A stretch of 64,000 nt of DNA from Cyanophyceae cyanobacterium (GCA_038321985.1 JBBQFN010000001.1:224001-288000), one strand, 5' to 3'. Shown: positions 28,382 to 39,757, counted from the first letter of the stretch. Numbers and translations: made by a program. The notes: generated by a model from the sequence alone, not told the origin.

Positions 28382-31300
28382 ATGGTAAAGACAGAGGAGC
28401 TGGTGCAGACTAACGCAGGGACCACCCTGACCCAGTGGGCAGCGCAGGCCCTGGAGGTAACCGGGGAAAAAATTCATCTGCGCCTACGCGGAAATACCGT
28501 ACATATTCTGTGCGAAAGCGAAAGCTGTCCCCCCATGGCGATCGCCATCACCAGGGTGACCAATGCCCTTAAACAACAGGGAATAGACGCACTGTTACCC
28601 CCAGACCATCCCCCCATTGAGGAAATCTTTCTCTACGGTCGCAGCAAAGGTACAAAGCGTCCAGACTGGAGTGTGCGGATTGAATCCTCTCGCCCCGATT
28701 CCCCCGCAACAATGGACTCGGCTCAGTCCGAGAGTGGACCCTCCTCAGTCGAACTCCCACCCACTCTCACCCTAGCTGCGTCACCCACTCCACCCACTCC
28801 ACCCCCGGACAATCACCCCTTCTCGATCGCTGATGCTCGGATGATGCTCCGGGTTCAGAGTCGTGCCTCCCTGGGAGATCCAGAAGCTGAGGCCCTCCTA
28901 GCCAAAGGGATGGCTCGATACCTCAACGAAACCCTCAGCCTCTATTCTATCTCGGTCAAAGTTCTGCTTAGGCCCCTGAAACGGGCCGATCGCAATTGGG
29001 GCGATCGCCCCTCTCCCCCCCGTCGTCTCTGGATATTTTGTCAGTCGGCAAATTTCCCCGATGCCACCCCCCTCGCCTTGCCGATGGCCGAGCGCTTGCG
29101 AGAACTCCAGTTAAGCGGATGTGCTGATGCGGTCATTCTCGGTCGCACGACCCCGGATGGCAAACCGGAACTGCTCCTGCGCGTGGATCTAACTCCCCCA
29201 GAAGAACGGCTCAAAGCCTGGGCCCGATGGGGTGACCTTCCCGCGATTACTCGCCTGTTAAATCAGGCCGTTGCCCCTCTGGGCCTCGAAGTGGGCAGCG
29301 TCCAAAAAGACGCCACCCTCCATTTATTCTGCGGCAATTCCTCCCCGGAGGTAGAGGGCGTCTGCGCCGACTCTCCACTTGCGGCGGCGGATAAATCCCT
29401 CTGCATCGATGCGATCGCCCCAATTCTCAAATCCCTCGCCCCTCAAGGACTTCACGCCGTCACCCTCTACGGTTGTCGTTACGGACGCCATCTTGACATC
29501 CCCTCAAACGCCCCGCCCCTTTGGGTAGACTGGCTCGATCTGCCGGCGGCGCGGGACTCCCTACTGGCGCTCAGTGCCCGGGAACTCGCCAGCCAAGGCA
29601 ACCTGGACGCCCTCCAGTTCTTGCTCGATCGCCTCGTCAATCCCGAACTTGACGCCAAATTGAACGGCAGGGGTCTTTCCGTCTTCCTGCGTCAGGACCC
29701 GGACCTGCTGCACGTTATGGTCGAAGCCTCCCCTTGCCCGGAACAAGACACCGTGGCTCCCCTGATCCTAGAATTGCTGCGGGAATTGAAACTAAATGGG
29801 GTCGAGGAGCTTCGTCTGTATGGTCGTCGGGGTGGGGATAAGCACCCATCGTGGCGTTATAGTTCGGCCATTTTTACCCCATTGCAGCTCCTCCCCTGTG
29901 AGCCGGAACCCACCCCACCTTCTCCGGAAGAGAGCCATCCTGAGCATCCAGATTCCGAACTGGAGTCAGCAGAGGAAACCCTTCCAGCAATCATCAACTT
30001 TACCCACGGCGCGCCTGACACTACCGAGGACCTACCGGAAGCAGTAGAGTCCATGTTCGCAGCGGATCCACCGGAGGAATTGCAAGCCTGTCTGACAAAG
30101 CAGGTGATTTCCCCTAAACCTCGGGAGCGTCCCTCCCCCGGTTGGGTGACCCGCCTCCTACTCGTCACGGGTTTATTTATTCCTGCTAAAACCTTCCGTC
30201 GGGGTCCGACTAGCAGCAGTAAAATTGCCTTCATTTGGGGCGTCCTGGGTTTGTTAGGAATGTTGCACGCAGATTGGCTTCTAGGTCGTGTCCCCTTGTT
30301 TTCCGATACCTCATCCCCATCATCGGAAACGGCAACGATACCGGGACAAGCCCCAGAAGACCCCAGCGCCCTGTCGGCTGGAAATCCCCAGGACGGCTTG
30401 AATCTAGGTGAACTTTCCCTAAATCCCTCAAAGAACGAGGGTGATCCTATTTTTAATGGCTCTAGCTTTACGGAATTTCAGGAGGAGCCAGCGATCGCCC
30501 TTAACCCAGAAACTAGGCCCAGGTTTGACTATCCCACGTTTAACTCTCAACAATTAGACGAACAACTGGAGTTATATCTGCAATATTTAGCCACCTCCGG
30601 TCCGCCAGACGTGCTGATTATCGGCAGTTCCCGCGCCTTGCGTGGGGTGGCTCCCATGACGATTGAGGAGTCTCTCTCCTCCCGTTATCCAGGACTCAAA
30701 GTCTTTAATTTCGGCATTAATGGGGCGACGGCTCAAGTTGCAGACTTTGTGATTCGGGAACTGATCCCTCAAGAGCAATTACCGAAACTGATTCTGTGGG
30801 CAGATGGAGCCAGGGCCTTGAATAGTGGTCGGAGCGATCGCACCTTTGAGGCGATCGCCCGTTCCCCCGGATATCGGCATCTACTCCAAGGAAACCGGCC
30901 TGTAGTCCCGGCAATGGCGAATTCCGACGACGAAAGTCAGTCCCTGGCCTCCCTCAGCGAAACCTTAGTCCAACGTGCCCGCACCGGCTTTTCTGTGGGA
31001 GAAAGTTATGAAAAACTGGATGAGTGGATTAATGAAAAGCTGGCATCAATTTCGGCGAATTATGAAAATCGCGATCGCCTCCAAGGTTTTCTGCGCAGTC
31101 AACTGTTATTACCTCTAGCAGATATCGCGGATAATTTCATCCCTGAAACGAATCGGTCATCACCCGAGGCGATCGCCGAAACCACTCCAGACCCCACCCT
31201 GGCTTCCGTAGAAGCCAGTCTGATTGCCTTAAGTGCAGAATCCGCCGCTTCCTCCGGTATAGACAACCTCCCAACCTCCACCCTATCAAACGGGTTCTTA

Positions 31301-31711
31301 CCCTTGTCCGTGCGGTTTAACCCCATGACTTACTATGAAAAACACGCGAGGGTTTCGGGGGACTATGATGCGGATTATGAGTCATTTCAACTGGCTGGAA
31401 TCCAAACCGCAGCGGTGACTAACCTGCTGCAATTTACCCGCGATCGGCAGATTCCCTTAGTCTTTATCAATATGCCCCTAACTCAGGAGTATTTGGACCC
31501 GGTGCGCTTAGAATACGAGCGGGAATTCCAAAAATATATGCTGAGTTTATCCCTAGAAAAAGAGGGTCTCAGTTTCCGAGACCTCAGTCAACTTTGGCCT
31601 ACAGAAATCGACCGCTTTTCTGACCCAAGTCACCTCAACCGCTATGGTGCACATGAGGTTTCTAACCGTTTATCTCAAGACCCCATGATTCCTTGGCCCC
31701 AAACTCAGTAA
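28382..31711 (+). CDS. Large protein with repeated N-terminal modules, one TM helix and C-terminal SGNH-like (DUF1574-like) domain
   Basis: IIGSSRA, FNFGINGAT and FSDPSHLN; repeated 'LH(I/V/L)..E...P' units; start uncertain (28316 or 28382). Confidence 0.7.
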   Translation: MVKTEELVQTNAGTTLTQWAAQALEVTGEKIHLRLRGNTVHILCESESCPPMAIAITRVTNALKQQGIDALLPPDHPPIEEIFLYGRSKGTKRPDWSVRIESSRPDSPATMDSAQSESGPSSVELPPTLTLAASPTPPTPPPDNHPFSIADARMMLRVQSRASLGDPEAEALLAKGMARYLNETLSLYSISVKVLLRPLKRADRNWGDRPSPPRRLWIFCQSANFPDATPLALPMAERLRELQLSGCADAVILGRTTPDGKPELLLRVDLTPPEERLKAWARWGDLPAITRLLNQAVAPLGLEVGSVQKDATLHLFCGNSSPEVEGVCADSPLAAADKSLCIDAIAPILKSLAPQGLHAVTLYGCRYGRHLDIPSNAPPLWVDWLDLPAARDSLLALSARELASQGNLDALQFLLDRLVNPELDAKLNGRGLSVFLRQDPDLLHVMVEASPCPEQDTVAPLILELLRELKLNGVEELRLYGRRGGDKHPSWRYSSAIFTPLQLLPCEPEPTPPSPEESHPEHPDSELESAEETLPAIINFTHGAPDTTEDLPEAVESMFAADPPEELQACLTKQVISPKPRERPSPGWVTRLLLVTGLFIPAKTFRRGPTSSSKIAFIWGVLGLLGMLHADWLLGRVPLFSDTSSPSSETATIPGQAPEDPSALSAGNPQDGLNLGELSLNPSKNEGDPIFNGSSFTEFQEEPAIALNPETRPRFDYPTFNSQQLDEQLELYLQYLATSGPPDVLIIGSSRALRGVAPMTIEESLSSRYPGLKVFNFGINGATAQVADFVIRELIPQEQLPKLILWADGARALNSGRSDRTFEAIARSPGYRHLLQGNRPVVPAMANSDDESQSLASLSETLVQRARTGFSVGESYEKLDEWINEKLASISANYENRDRLQGFLRSQLLLPLADIADNFIPETNRSSPEAIAETTPDPTLASVEASLIALSAESAASSGIDNLPTSTLSNGFLPLSVRFNPMTYYEKHARVSGDYDADYESFQLAGIQTAAVTNLLQFTRDRQIPLVFINMPLTQEYLDPVRLEYEREFQKYMLSLSLEKEGLSFRDLSQLWPTEIDRFSDPSHLNRYGAHEVSNRLSQDPMIPWPQTQ

Positions 31712-31885
31712 GGGTTAACGCCATCATTGTTCGTTCTTAGTAATGACTTCAGTCCTCTAGAAATCTGTTATCTTCAGGCAAACTAACCCCTAAAAAAATA
31801 ACTGAAGTCGTTACTATAAAGGGGGACTACTAACTCAAATATTCTCCGATATTTGAAGATTTTATCTTTCCCTTCCCAACAATAA

Positions 31886-34210
31886 CTACTCCCTCATTCT
31901 TTCCCCCACAACTTGTTTATAAAAAGCCTCCAATCCAGCGACACAAACCCTATCATCATAGAGATAAACCTGCCGCTGTTTCATCCGTTCTATTAAACTC
32001 ATTCGCCATTCTGAATCTAACCCTAAACGCACGGCAATCTCGATATAATCCGCCTCCGATTTAGCGAGAGTGTCCGTTACCCCTAACTGGTATAAAATAG
32101 CGGCAGAATGACGTCCCCGCATGAATTCTCCCGGACAGGTGACAATGGGTAAACCGCAAGCGATCGCCTCTAAAGTCGTATTCCCACCGGACCAATTTAA
32201 GGTATCCAGAAAAATATCGGACAATAAATTGAGATTCCAATAACTTACTTGATCTTGTTTCGGCAAAACCCTACAAAACTCTTGTGCATTTAACCCGACT
32301 TTCCCAAAGGCGCGGTGTAATCGTTGCCAAAATTTATCCGTCATCCATCGGGTTAAGCGAGAAATAAATACAAATTGTGCTTGAGGGACTTGGCAAGCAA
32401 TTTCCGCAAAAATATAGTCATATTGGGGTAAATATTTAAATAAGGATTGACAGGATAAATAAATTACGGCATCGTCCCGTAATTGGAAATAAGCGCGGGT
32501 TTTTGTCAGTGGGGGAAGTACGGGTTTGCGATAGGAAATGCTTGTTTTTGGCAAAAGTACGACTCGTTCGGAATAATGCGCAGCAGCATTATCCGGTTCC
32601 ATAAACCGACTAGAGAGAAAATAATCAATAGTAGGTAATCCCGAGGTAATGGGATGTCCCCAAGTGACGCATTGAATGGGTGCAAGGCGTAATCCAGCCA
32701 GCAGGGGGGTGAAGGTTTGCATCCCGATATCAAAATACACCAAAATGTGTAGGCAGTCATCTAAAATGCGCTGCGCCACCCTTTCTAAATTTTGCGGCGT
32801 TTTATCGATAAGCTGCATCGAGTGAAATGAATCACTGTAGGTTTGAAATTCGTTAGAATAGCCATCAAATGTGCTGGAAAGACTATAAGAAAAAATTTCA
32901 AACTGCTGGCGATCGCTATGGCGCAGCCACCCTAAAAATAGTTTACCCACGGTATGATTGCACAGAAACGGAGACAGGTAACCTACTCTGATTTTTCCAC
33001 CGTTGCTGAGGGGTGGCATGGACAGAGGTTTAGTCCAATCAGGATATTCTGCACTCAAAAATTGATGAATAAATGTTCCATAGCGTCTTAACAAAGTGAC
33101 ATCATTGTAGCCTTGATAGGATAAATAAAAATTATTTTGGAGGGGAATCCATTCCAAGGCTTGCCGTCGAACTTCGGGAGTATCCAGGGAGATTTGATTG
33201 AGTACGGTTTTTAACCCCTCGGAAAATTGGATACGATAGCTGGTAATTTCTTCCGGGGTGTCATAAAGAATGGGAAGTTCTAAGAATTTCGCCGCTTGTA
33301 AATGAAGATTATCACGACAGCGATCGCATCCAGTTGTAGCAATTTCCTTCGCCTCTTCTGTCCGTCCAAGTTTGGACAAGAGGGTAATAAAATAGGAATA
33401 AAGTGTGGCAAGATGAGGATAGGCGGCTATTCCGTCGCGATAGGTTTGAATGGCTTCTTCATAGCGTTCTAAAGCAAAGAAGCATTCGGCTAAATTCATG
33501 TAAACTTTAGCGATAGATTCCTCGGCAACCGGGAGGGTGCGAGGAGTTTGGAGAAATTTTTGTAAATGGGCGATCGCCTCGGGGTAATTGTTTTCCCGAT
33601 AGGCAGCACATCCCAGATAAAAATCTGCTCGAATTTGGTTGTTTTTAGCTTTTTCCTGATAGGCGCTTCCTAAATCTTTGAGTAAAATAGGATGATTGGG
33701 CATTAAGTTTAAGGCTTGACTATAGGCGGAAATTGCCTCGTCAAACTGTTGATAATTTAGATAAATTTGTCCTAAAATTTGATAGATAGAGGGATTTTGA
33801 ATACCCTGAGAGAGGGCTTGAAGGCAAACAGTTTTGGCTTGAGGAAGTTTACCCAAATTGAACCAAAGTTGTGACAAATGAAGGTAAGCATCAGCCCAAG
33901 TAGGATTAAGAGCAATGGCATCTTGATAGGCTTGAATAGCACCGTCACTTTGTCCTAAATTATGCAAAACCCAACCCAGTCTGCATAAGTGTCGGGCGCT
34001 AAGGGGAACAAGTTTTAAGCCTCTTTCAAGGGCTGCTAATGCTTTTTGATGCTCTCCTTTGTTATCATATAAAATACCTAAATCGCTCCAGGCTTCGCCG
34101 TGATCGGGAGCGAAATTTAACAGTTTTTGATAGGTTTGTTCAGCTTCAGTTAAGCGCCCTTGGGCGTGCAAAGCCAGTGCATTTTTGTGCAGATTTTCTA
34201 AGTTTACCAT
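31886..34210 (-). CDS. TPR protein with SPINDLY/O-GlcNAc transferase-like (GT41) domain
   Basis: About 8 TPRs; IRVGYLS..HTVG, RLAPIQCVTWGHPITSG, QSLFKY and DIFLDT..SGGNTTLEA. Confidence 0.88.
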   Translation of the reverse strand: MVNLENLHKNALALHAQGRLTEAEQTYQKLLNFAPDHGEAWSDLGILYDNKGEHQKALAALERGLKLVPLSARHLCRLGWVLHNLGQSDGAIQAYQDAIALNPTWADAYLHLSQLWFNLGKLPQAKTVCLQALSQGIQNPSIYQILGQIYLNYQQFDEAISAYSQALNLMPNHPILLKDLGSAYQEKAKNNQIRADFYLGCAAYRENNYPEAIAHLQKFLQTPRTLPVAEESIAKVYMNLAECFFALERYEEAIQTYRDGIAAYPHLATLYSYFITLLSKLGRTEEAKEIATTGCDRCRDNLHLQAAKFLELPILYDTPEEITSYRIQFSEGLKTVLNQISLDTPEVRRQALEWIPLQNNFYLSYQGYNDVTLLRRYGTFIHQFLSAEYPDWTKPLSMPPLSNGGKIRVGYLSPFLCNHTVGKLFLGWLRHSDRQQFEIFSYSLSSTFDGYSNEFQTYSDSFHSMQLIDKTPQNLERVAQRILDDCLHILVYFDIGMQTFTPLLAGLRLAPIQCVTWGHPITSGLPTIDYFLSSRFMEPDNAAAHYSERVVLLPKTSISYRKPVLPPLTKTRAYFQLRDDAVIYLSCQSLFKYLPQYDYIFAEIACQVPQAQFVFISRLTRWMTDKFWQRLHRAFGKVGLNAQEFCRVLPKQDQVSYWNLNLLSDIFLDTLNWSGGNTTLEAIACGLPIVTCPGEFMRGRHSAAILYQLGVTDTLAKSEADYIEIAVRLGLDSEWRMSLIERMKQRQVYLYDDRVCVAGLEAFYKQVVGERMRE

Positions 34211-34245
34211 TTCCTTTAAAACTCACCCCTTTTTCGGGTTGCTGA

Positions 34246-35739
34246 TTAGTCGCGACGAATCCAGCTTAATAGCCAAGAAACTAAGGCAAAGGCAATGGTT
34301 CCTACGGCAATACTGATGAGAATAACCATTATAAATAAAGCGATTGAGGGTGAGCGATTGGGGGGATTTAAAGCGGCGGTAGGTTGATCTAAACTCAGGT
34401 AGATTGAACTCGCAGCGACGACTGCCGCAGTCCCGACTCCAATCGCGATCGCTTCCAGTTTAGTCTCCAGATGTCGTTCGCGATCGATACGTTCAATTTC
34501 TACAATACCCCGAATCGTGGCGATCGCCCGATCAACCAATCCCTCACCATGAACAAAATAATCTAAATCAGCTTTAATTCGTTCTTGGAAATAAGGCACT
34601 TCCTGCCTTGTAAAGTTCTCCACAAAACTCAAGTCAATCGGCTTTAAATAAAACACATCTAAATTTTGTTTGCGCTGAATTTCATCTAGGGTGGCATCGT
34701 ATTTTTTAGCATCAATAGCAATGGTATTGCGATTTCGTTCTAAAACTTGCTGGAGGCGAGAATATTCTAATGCTAATCCTGGCATTATTTTTAGCTTTTG
34801 CTTCAGATTTTCTAAATATTTATATCCTAGCCTTTTATGGGGTGTTAAATTAGAAATTTGCTCATTAACATCAGAAATAACAACTTCTATTTCTTCATAT
34901 TTTCGATAAGTTTCTTGATACCCACTCCGCGTAAACTCAAAGCTCTTTAATATTTTATTGCGATAATAAAATAGTTCAATTAAGTCCCAATAAGCCGATT
35001 CAAATTTTCGCTTTAGCGTATCATCTCGAAAGAATAAGACTAAAATATGACGATAATCCGATTGGTTTTCTAAACTCTCGATATGTCCAAATTCAAAAAT
35101 TGGGCTTCCAAATAATCGCCCTTTGTTGCTATAGGAAGGACGTTTTTTAGGGTCACGAATAAATTCCTCCACGCACTGACAAGCCAGGGTTTTTAAACCC
35201 TCAGGAGAAAATTGCTTTTGTTCTTCGGTTAAGTCCGCTGTTAACAACAGAGTTTGACCTAAAGAACTTTGAATAAAGTCGGGCAGTAACAAGTTTGAGG
35301 GCGTATTAAACTGACTGTAAATCGAGATAGAAACGGCTTCTGTGGGGCGGTCATTTTCCTTATCAGGGCGACGAATATTCAGGGCTAAGGCATAACTCTC
35401 ATGAACCCGACGAGGACAAGCAATTCCGGTGAAATTGACGGAATTTCCCTCGATATCTAGGGTACCCTTAAAGTCGATCACACCGTTTTTGTGAAGATTG
35501 ACAATACTGCCCGGTCCTTCTTCTTGGGGGTCATAAGCCTGTTCTCCTTTCGGTGCATAGTATCCCAACAAATCCAGGGGTTTTTCATAACCATATTGGC
35601 CTAAAATCTGTCCGAGTTTTTCCCATAATTTTTCGGCCCCGATTACTAGAGAGGGATTAGAATGGGTTCCGCTTTTGTTCCGGAGATGAAACGCAAATAA
35701 GTGGATGTTGGGGGCATTTACTTTCGGGTGATTCATCAC
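34246..35739 (-). CDS. Hypothetical protein with coiled coil and two C-terminal TM helices
   Basis: 497-aa ORF; hydrophobic segments AIAIGVGTAAVVAAS and IALFIMVILISIAVG... Confidence 0.7.
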   Translation of the reverse strand: MMNHPKVNAPNIHLFAFHLRNKSGTHSNPSLVIGAEKLWEKLGQILGQYGYEKPLDLLGYYAPKGEQAYDPQEEGPGSIVNLHKNGVIDFKGTLDIEGNSVNFTGIACPRRVHESYALALNIRRPDKENDRPTEAVSISIYSQFNTPSNLLLPDFIQSSLGQTLLLTADLTEEQKQFSPEGLKTLACQCVEEFIRDPKKRPSYSNKGRLFGSPIFEFGHIESLENQSDYRHILVLFFRDDTLKRKFESAYWDLIELFYYRNKILKSFEFTRSGYQETYRKYEEIEVVISDVNEQISNLTPHKRLGYKYLENLKQKLKIMPGLALEYSRLQQVLERNRNTIAIDAKKYDATLDEIQRKQNLDVFYLKPIDLSFVENFTRQEVPYFQERIKADLDYFVHGEGLVDRAIATIRGIVEIERIDRERHLETKLEAIAIGVGTAAVVAASSIYLSLDQPTAALNPPNRSPSIALFIMVILISIAVGTIAFALVSWLLSWIRRD

Positions 35740-35902
35740 AAATTTTCTATATTTTTTAATGAATGTTATTGAGAAGGAAAAGAAGTATTCTGGGGTTTAA
35801 CCAGATGCAGCCCCACGCCCACCCCGACTGCGATCGCTAACTGAATTTATTTTATCATCCACTTGCGATCGCGCTGCTATTTCTAAACCTAGCTGACTCC
35901 AT

Positions 35903-37447
35903 TTACCACCCTTCAAATCCCTCCGCTTCAATTTGCCGAACCGCAGTGAGTGCGGAATAACTCACTCCCGCAGTTCCTTCCCCGGGATGGGTTGAATCTC
36001 CAACTAACCACAGATGGGGAATCGGAGTCCGAGTTGCTAGTCCAAAAGGACCAAATGTTGCCACACGCTGTCCCACACCTCCCACAATACCGCGATCGCG
36101 TCCCGTAAAGCGGGCAAAGGTAGGGGGCGTCGCTGATTCCTGGTAGACTATCGTCTGTGTATTCAGGGAAAAATACGTTCCTAAACGGGCAATTGCTTCC
36201 GTTTCATACTGTTGCTTTAAGCCTGCATAATCCTCACAATTAGCCCAAATTTGGGTATCTGTGAACGATGAAGCGGTAATCGTTGCCATTCCCTCGGGCG
36301 ATCGCCCATCTCCGACTCGACTCACCGATACAAATAAAGAATTATTCTCCCCAATTTCTTTTTCATAATCATATAAAAATTGTAAGTGGGGCGGACAACT
36401 CTCGGGAATTGCCTCTTGTCTTACTCCTAAATAAACAACAAATGCCCCGGATGCAGGGGGTAAATTTTCTACCCTCTGCCGATACAACTTTTGAAATAGA
36501 GTTTCTGAACCCCTAGGCAACTCCACCAAATTCACAAGATTTTGCACCGGCATATTAGCAACAATTAAATCCGGGCTTTCAGTCCAAATTCCCCCAGTTT
36601 TTTGATTAAAAATCGTCACCGTCGATGCGCCTTTTTCATTAACTTGAATCTGCTTGACGGTATGGCGCATCAACAGTTCTCCCCCATGTTTTTTTAACCC
36701 CTCCACCAGGCGATCGCTTAATACCTGCATACTTCCTTTTAAATGAGACAAGCCTTGAGGAGATTGGGATACCCCTAAAGCCGTTGCCGCATATAGTAAA
36801 GCCGTTTTTTGAGCATCCACCTGGGAATATAATTTCAGTTGTAAATCTAGGAAAGTTTTCAGGCGCTTGTCTTTTTTTAATCCCAACAATCCCAAGGCAT
36901 TCCCCACCGTCATTAGAGTAAAGGGAACCGTAACCATTGTATCAAGACGGAGGGCTTTAACTAACTGCCAAATATCCCATAAATTCCTTGGAGGTAACAC
37001 CGGGTCCCGTCCTTGAAACTCCCAGGAAGCGCGAAATAAGGTTGCCATCAACTGCCAAAATGGTTCGCTACCGGGGAACTGGCGCTGACGTTCTTGTTGC
37101 CACCGTTGCGGGTCCCGCCAAATATTAATTGGGGTGGTTTCTCCGGGCAGAAATACCGCACAAGCAGGGTCACAATCCGTTGCTTCGGGCAGATTTATCT
37201 CTAATTCCGAGAAAATCCGGTGATGAATCCCTCCGGGTTCTAATCCCGCAACTTGCGTCGCCCCCACATCAAAGGTAAATCCCTGGCGTTTGAAGGTAGA
37301 AGCGCACCCCCCCGGCACGATCGCCAAGTCAAAAACACGCACCCGATAGCCCCGTTTAGCTAATAACGCACCGGCAGTTAACCCGCCGATTCCTGCACCA
37401 ATTACGATAACGTGAGGTTTGTTTGCGCCCTGACGACTGCTTGACAT
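35903..37447 (-). CDS. crtD: Carotenoid C-3',4' desaturase
   Basis: IGAGIGGL, FDVGATQVAGLEPGGIH and GDSTHPGEGTAGVSYSA. Confidence 0.92.
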   Translation of the reverse strand: MSSSRQGANKPHVIVIGAGIGGLTAGALLAKRGYRVRVFDLAIVPGGCASTFKRQGFTFDVGATQVAGLEPGGIHHRIFSELEINLPEATDCDPACAVFLPGETTPINIWRDPQRWQQERQRQFPGSEPFWQLMATLFRASWEFQGRDPVLPPRNLWDIWQLVKALRLDTMVTVPFTLMTVGNALGLLGLKKDKRLKTFLDLQLKLYSQVDAQKTALLYAATALGVSQSPQGLSHLKGSMQVLSDRLVEGLKKHGGELLMRHTVKQIQVNEKGASTVTIFNQKTGGIWTESPDLIVANMPVQNLVNLVELPRGSETLFQKLYRQRVENLPPASGAFVVYLGVRQEAIPESCPPHLQFLYDYEKEIGENNSLFVSVSRVGDGRSPEGMATITASSFTDTQIWANCEDYAGLKQQYETEAIARLGTYFSLNTQTIVYQESATPPTFARFTGRDRGIVGGVGQRVATFGPFGLATRTPIPHLWLVGDSTHPGEGTAGVSYSALTAVRQIEAEGFEGW

Positions 37448-37749
37448 TCGAGGTATGCTTTACATTTTTTAATAATTCTTTAAGTATAAAGTATTTTTAG
37501 AGAGTTTGGGAACGAGTCGCGACTGCCAAAATTTACTCACAAGAATGTCTAGGGTCAGCTGGCGAGTGCCTCCCTAATCTCCAGGGGCTATTTCCCTAGG
37601 TTTACCATGGCGGAGTATTTAATTGTTAAGGAAAATGGGGCAACGGTTAAAGACCTAAAACTAGGGCGGCTGGCCCTCAATTCTGAGTAGTAGATAGAGT
37701 CTCAATGGTAGATGAATCCCTGATGGGGTAAAAGCGATCGCCCTACCCC

Positions 37750-38070
37750 TTAAACAACGATAGTAGTGCCGATCCAAAGCATTTCATCATCGGCATCTAA
37801 AATATCGAGTTCGCAGGTGAGGTCGCTAATTTCCAAAATGTACTGTACCGAACTATTTAAGTTGCACAAACTTAACTGTTTGCCCGTTTTACGAACTAGG
37901 CGATCGACCGCCAGTAAAGTGCTGACTCCACAATAACCCAAGGATTTTACCCCTCCCAAATCGATAAAATAGTGGTTATAATTTTCCGCAACTAAAGCCG
38001 CGATTTTTTGCTGAAGCATCGCGGAGACTTTTACATCTAAATTCCCCTGGGGTTTAACAATGACGTTCAT
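37750..38070 (-). CDS. STAS-domain anti-sigma factor antagonist
   Basis: PQGNLD...IDLGGVKSLGYCGV...LSLCNLNSSVQYILEISDL; GGAGG RBS. Confidence 0.8.
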   Translation of the reverse strand: MNVIVKPQGNLDVKVSAMLQQKIAALVAENYNHYFIDLGGVKSLGYCGVSTLLAVDRLVRKTGKQLSLCNLNSSVQYILEISDLTCELDILDADDEMLWIGTTIVV

Positions 38071-38416
38071 GCTGGTTCCTCCTCCAAAACGGTTTATTGA
38101 GTGATTACCCTAATCCCTGATTCATTCAATGCCCCTGATAGAATAGTTCAACTTAGGTTGGTTTTTACTGGACGAGGAAAAAATCCCCTCTGCTATTATT
38201 ATATGAGGAGAGAGGGGATTAGGGAGAGGGGGCGGCTAGAAAATAACAAATCAGTAATAAAATATATTTAGGGATGCAATAGAAAAAATAGCGATTGGGA
38301 GCGATCGCCACGGGTTAGACACCGGTGGAGGAAGAGAAATCCGCAATTGCACCCTCCCCCATTGCCTAAAGAATGATTAAGATAGAAACAGAAATCTCAA
38401 ATACAACGAGTATCTA

Positions 38417-39757
38417 ATGACTTCAACGCTTGTTAAGTTTTCCTCTCTCCCTCGTCTGAACTGCCCCACCATTCATACGCTTACGAATGGGTTAACGATT
38501 ATCGCAGAACAGATGCCAGTGGAGGCGGTGAACCTGAGCATTTGGGCAAATGTTGGTTCGGCGGTGGAATCCGATGAGATCAACGGGATGGCCCACTTTT
38601 TGGAGCACATGGTTTTTAAAGGAACCCAACGCCTGGAAAGCGGGGAGTTTGAGCGCCGAATTGAAGAGCGGGGTGCAGTGACGAATGCGGCCACAAGTCA
38701 AGATTATACGCACTACTATATTACCTCAGCTCCCCAGGATTTTGCCGAACTCGCCCCCTTACAAATTGACGTGGTACTTAACCCGACGATTCCCGAGGAT
38801 GGATTTGAGCGAGAAAGACTGGTGGTCCTGGAAGAAATCCGGCGATCGGAGGATAATCCGCGTCGCCGCATTTATTCTCGGGCAATGGAAACCGCCTTTG
38901 AGCGATTGCCTTACCGTCGTCCTGTTTTGGGTCCGACAGAGACGATCGCCGGACTGAAGGCACAGCAAATGCGTGATTTCCACGGTACTTGGTATCAACC
39001 GCGATCGCTAACTGCCGTTGCCGTGGGCAATTTACCCGTGGAACAATTGATCGAGATTGTGGCGGAAGGGTTTGAAAAGAACGGACGTCCGGCATTTTCC
39101 CTCAATCCTAACTGGCAAGTCGCCACCGATGACGAACAACTCATCCCCGACCCCAGTCAAGTTATAGGCGCAACCGGAGAACCGGCATTTCCGAACATTG
39201 TGCGGCGGGAATTTATCGATGATAAGTTGCAACAGGCACGACTGGTGATGATGTGGCGAGTGCCTGGATTAACGGAATTAAACAACACTTACGCCTTGGA
39301 TGCAGTCGCCTCAATTTTGGGACGAGGACGGATGGGACGGTTGGTGCAGGATTTGCGAGAAGAGAAAGGGTTAGTTTCGGGAATTTCGGTCAGTAATAGC
39401 ACATTTCACCACCAGGGCATCTTTATGATTTCCGCTCATTTGCCCTCAGAAAATCTGGAGGTAGTGGAAGCCGCAATCCAAGAACATCTTCGCACATTCC
39501 ATCAAGAAATGGTTCGCCAATCCGAAATCGATCGCATTGTAACTCAGGTGGTGAATCGCTTTATCTTTAGTAATGAAACCCCGAGCGATCGGGCCAACTT
39601 GTATGGATATTACCACTCGATGATGGGAGATTTAGAACCGGCGCTTAATTATCCCACGCAGTTACAATCTCTCACTCCCGAACACCTCCAGCAAGCAGCA
39701 TTAAACTATTTGTCTGCCGATGCCTATGGGGTGGTGACGATTAAACCGGCTGTATAA
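38417..39757 (+). CDS. M16 family zinc peptidase
   Basis: Inverted zinc motif HFLEH, NAATSQDYT and ERLVVLEE. Confidence 0.92.
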   Translation: MTSTLVKFSSLPRLNCPTIHTLTNGLTIIAEQMPVEAVNLSIWANVGSAVESDEINGMAHFLEHMVFKGTQRLESGEFERRIEERGAVTNAATSQDYTHYYITSAPQDFAELAPLQIDVVLNPTIPEDGFERERLVVLEEIRRSEDNPRRRIYSRAMETAFERLPYRRPVLGPTETIAGLKAQQMRDFHGTWYQPRSLTAVAVGNLPVEQLIEIVAEGFEKNGRPAFSLNPNWQVATDDEQLIPDPSQVIGATGEPAFPNIVRREFIDDKLQQARLVMMWRVPGLTELNNTYALDAVASILGRGRMGRLVQDLREEKGLVSGISVSNSTFHHQGIFMISAHLPSENLEVVEAAIQEHLRTFHQEMVRQSEIDRIVTQVVNRFIFSNETPSDRANLYGYYHSMMGDLEPALNYPTQLQSLTPEHLQQAALNYLSADAYGVVTIKPAV

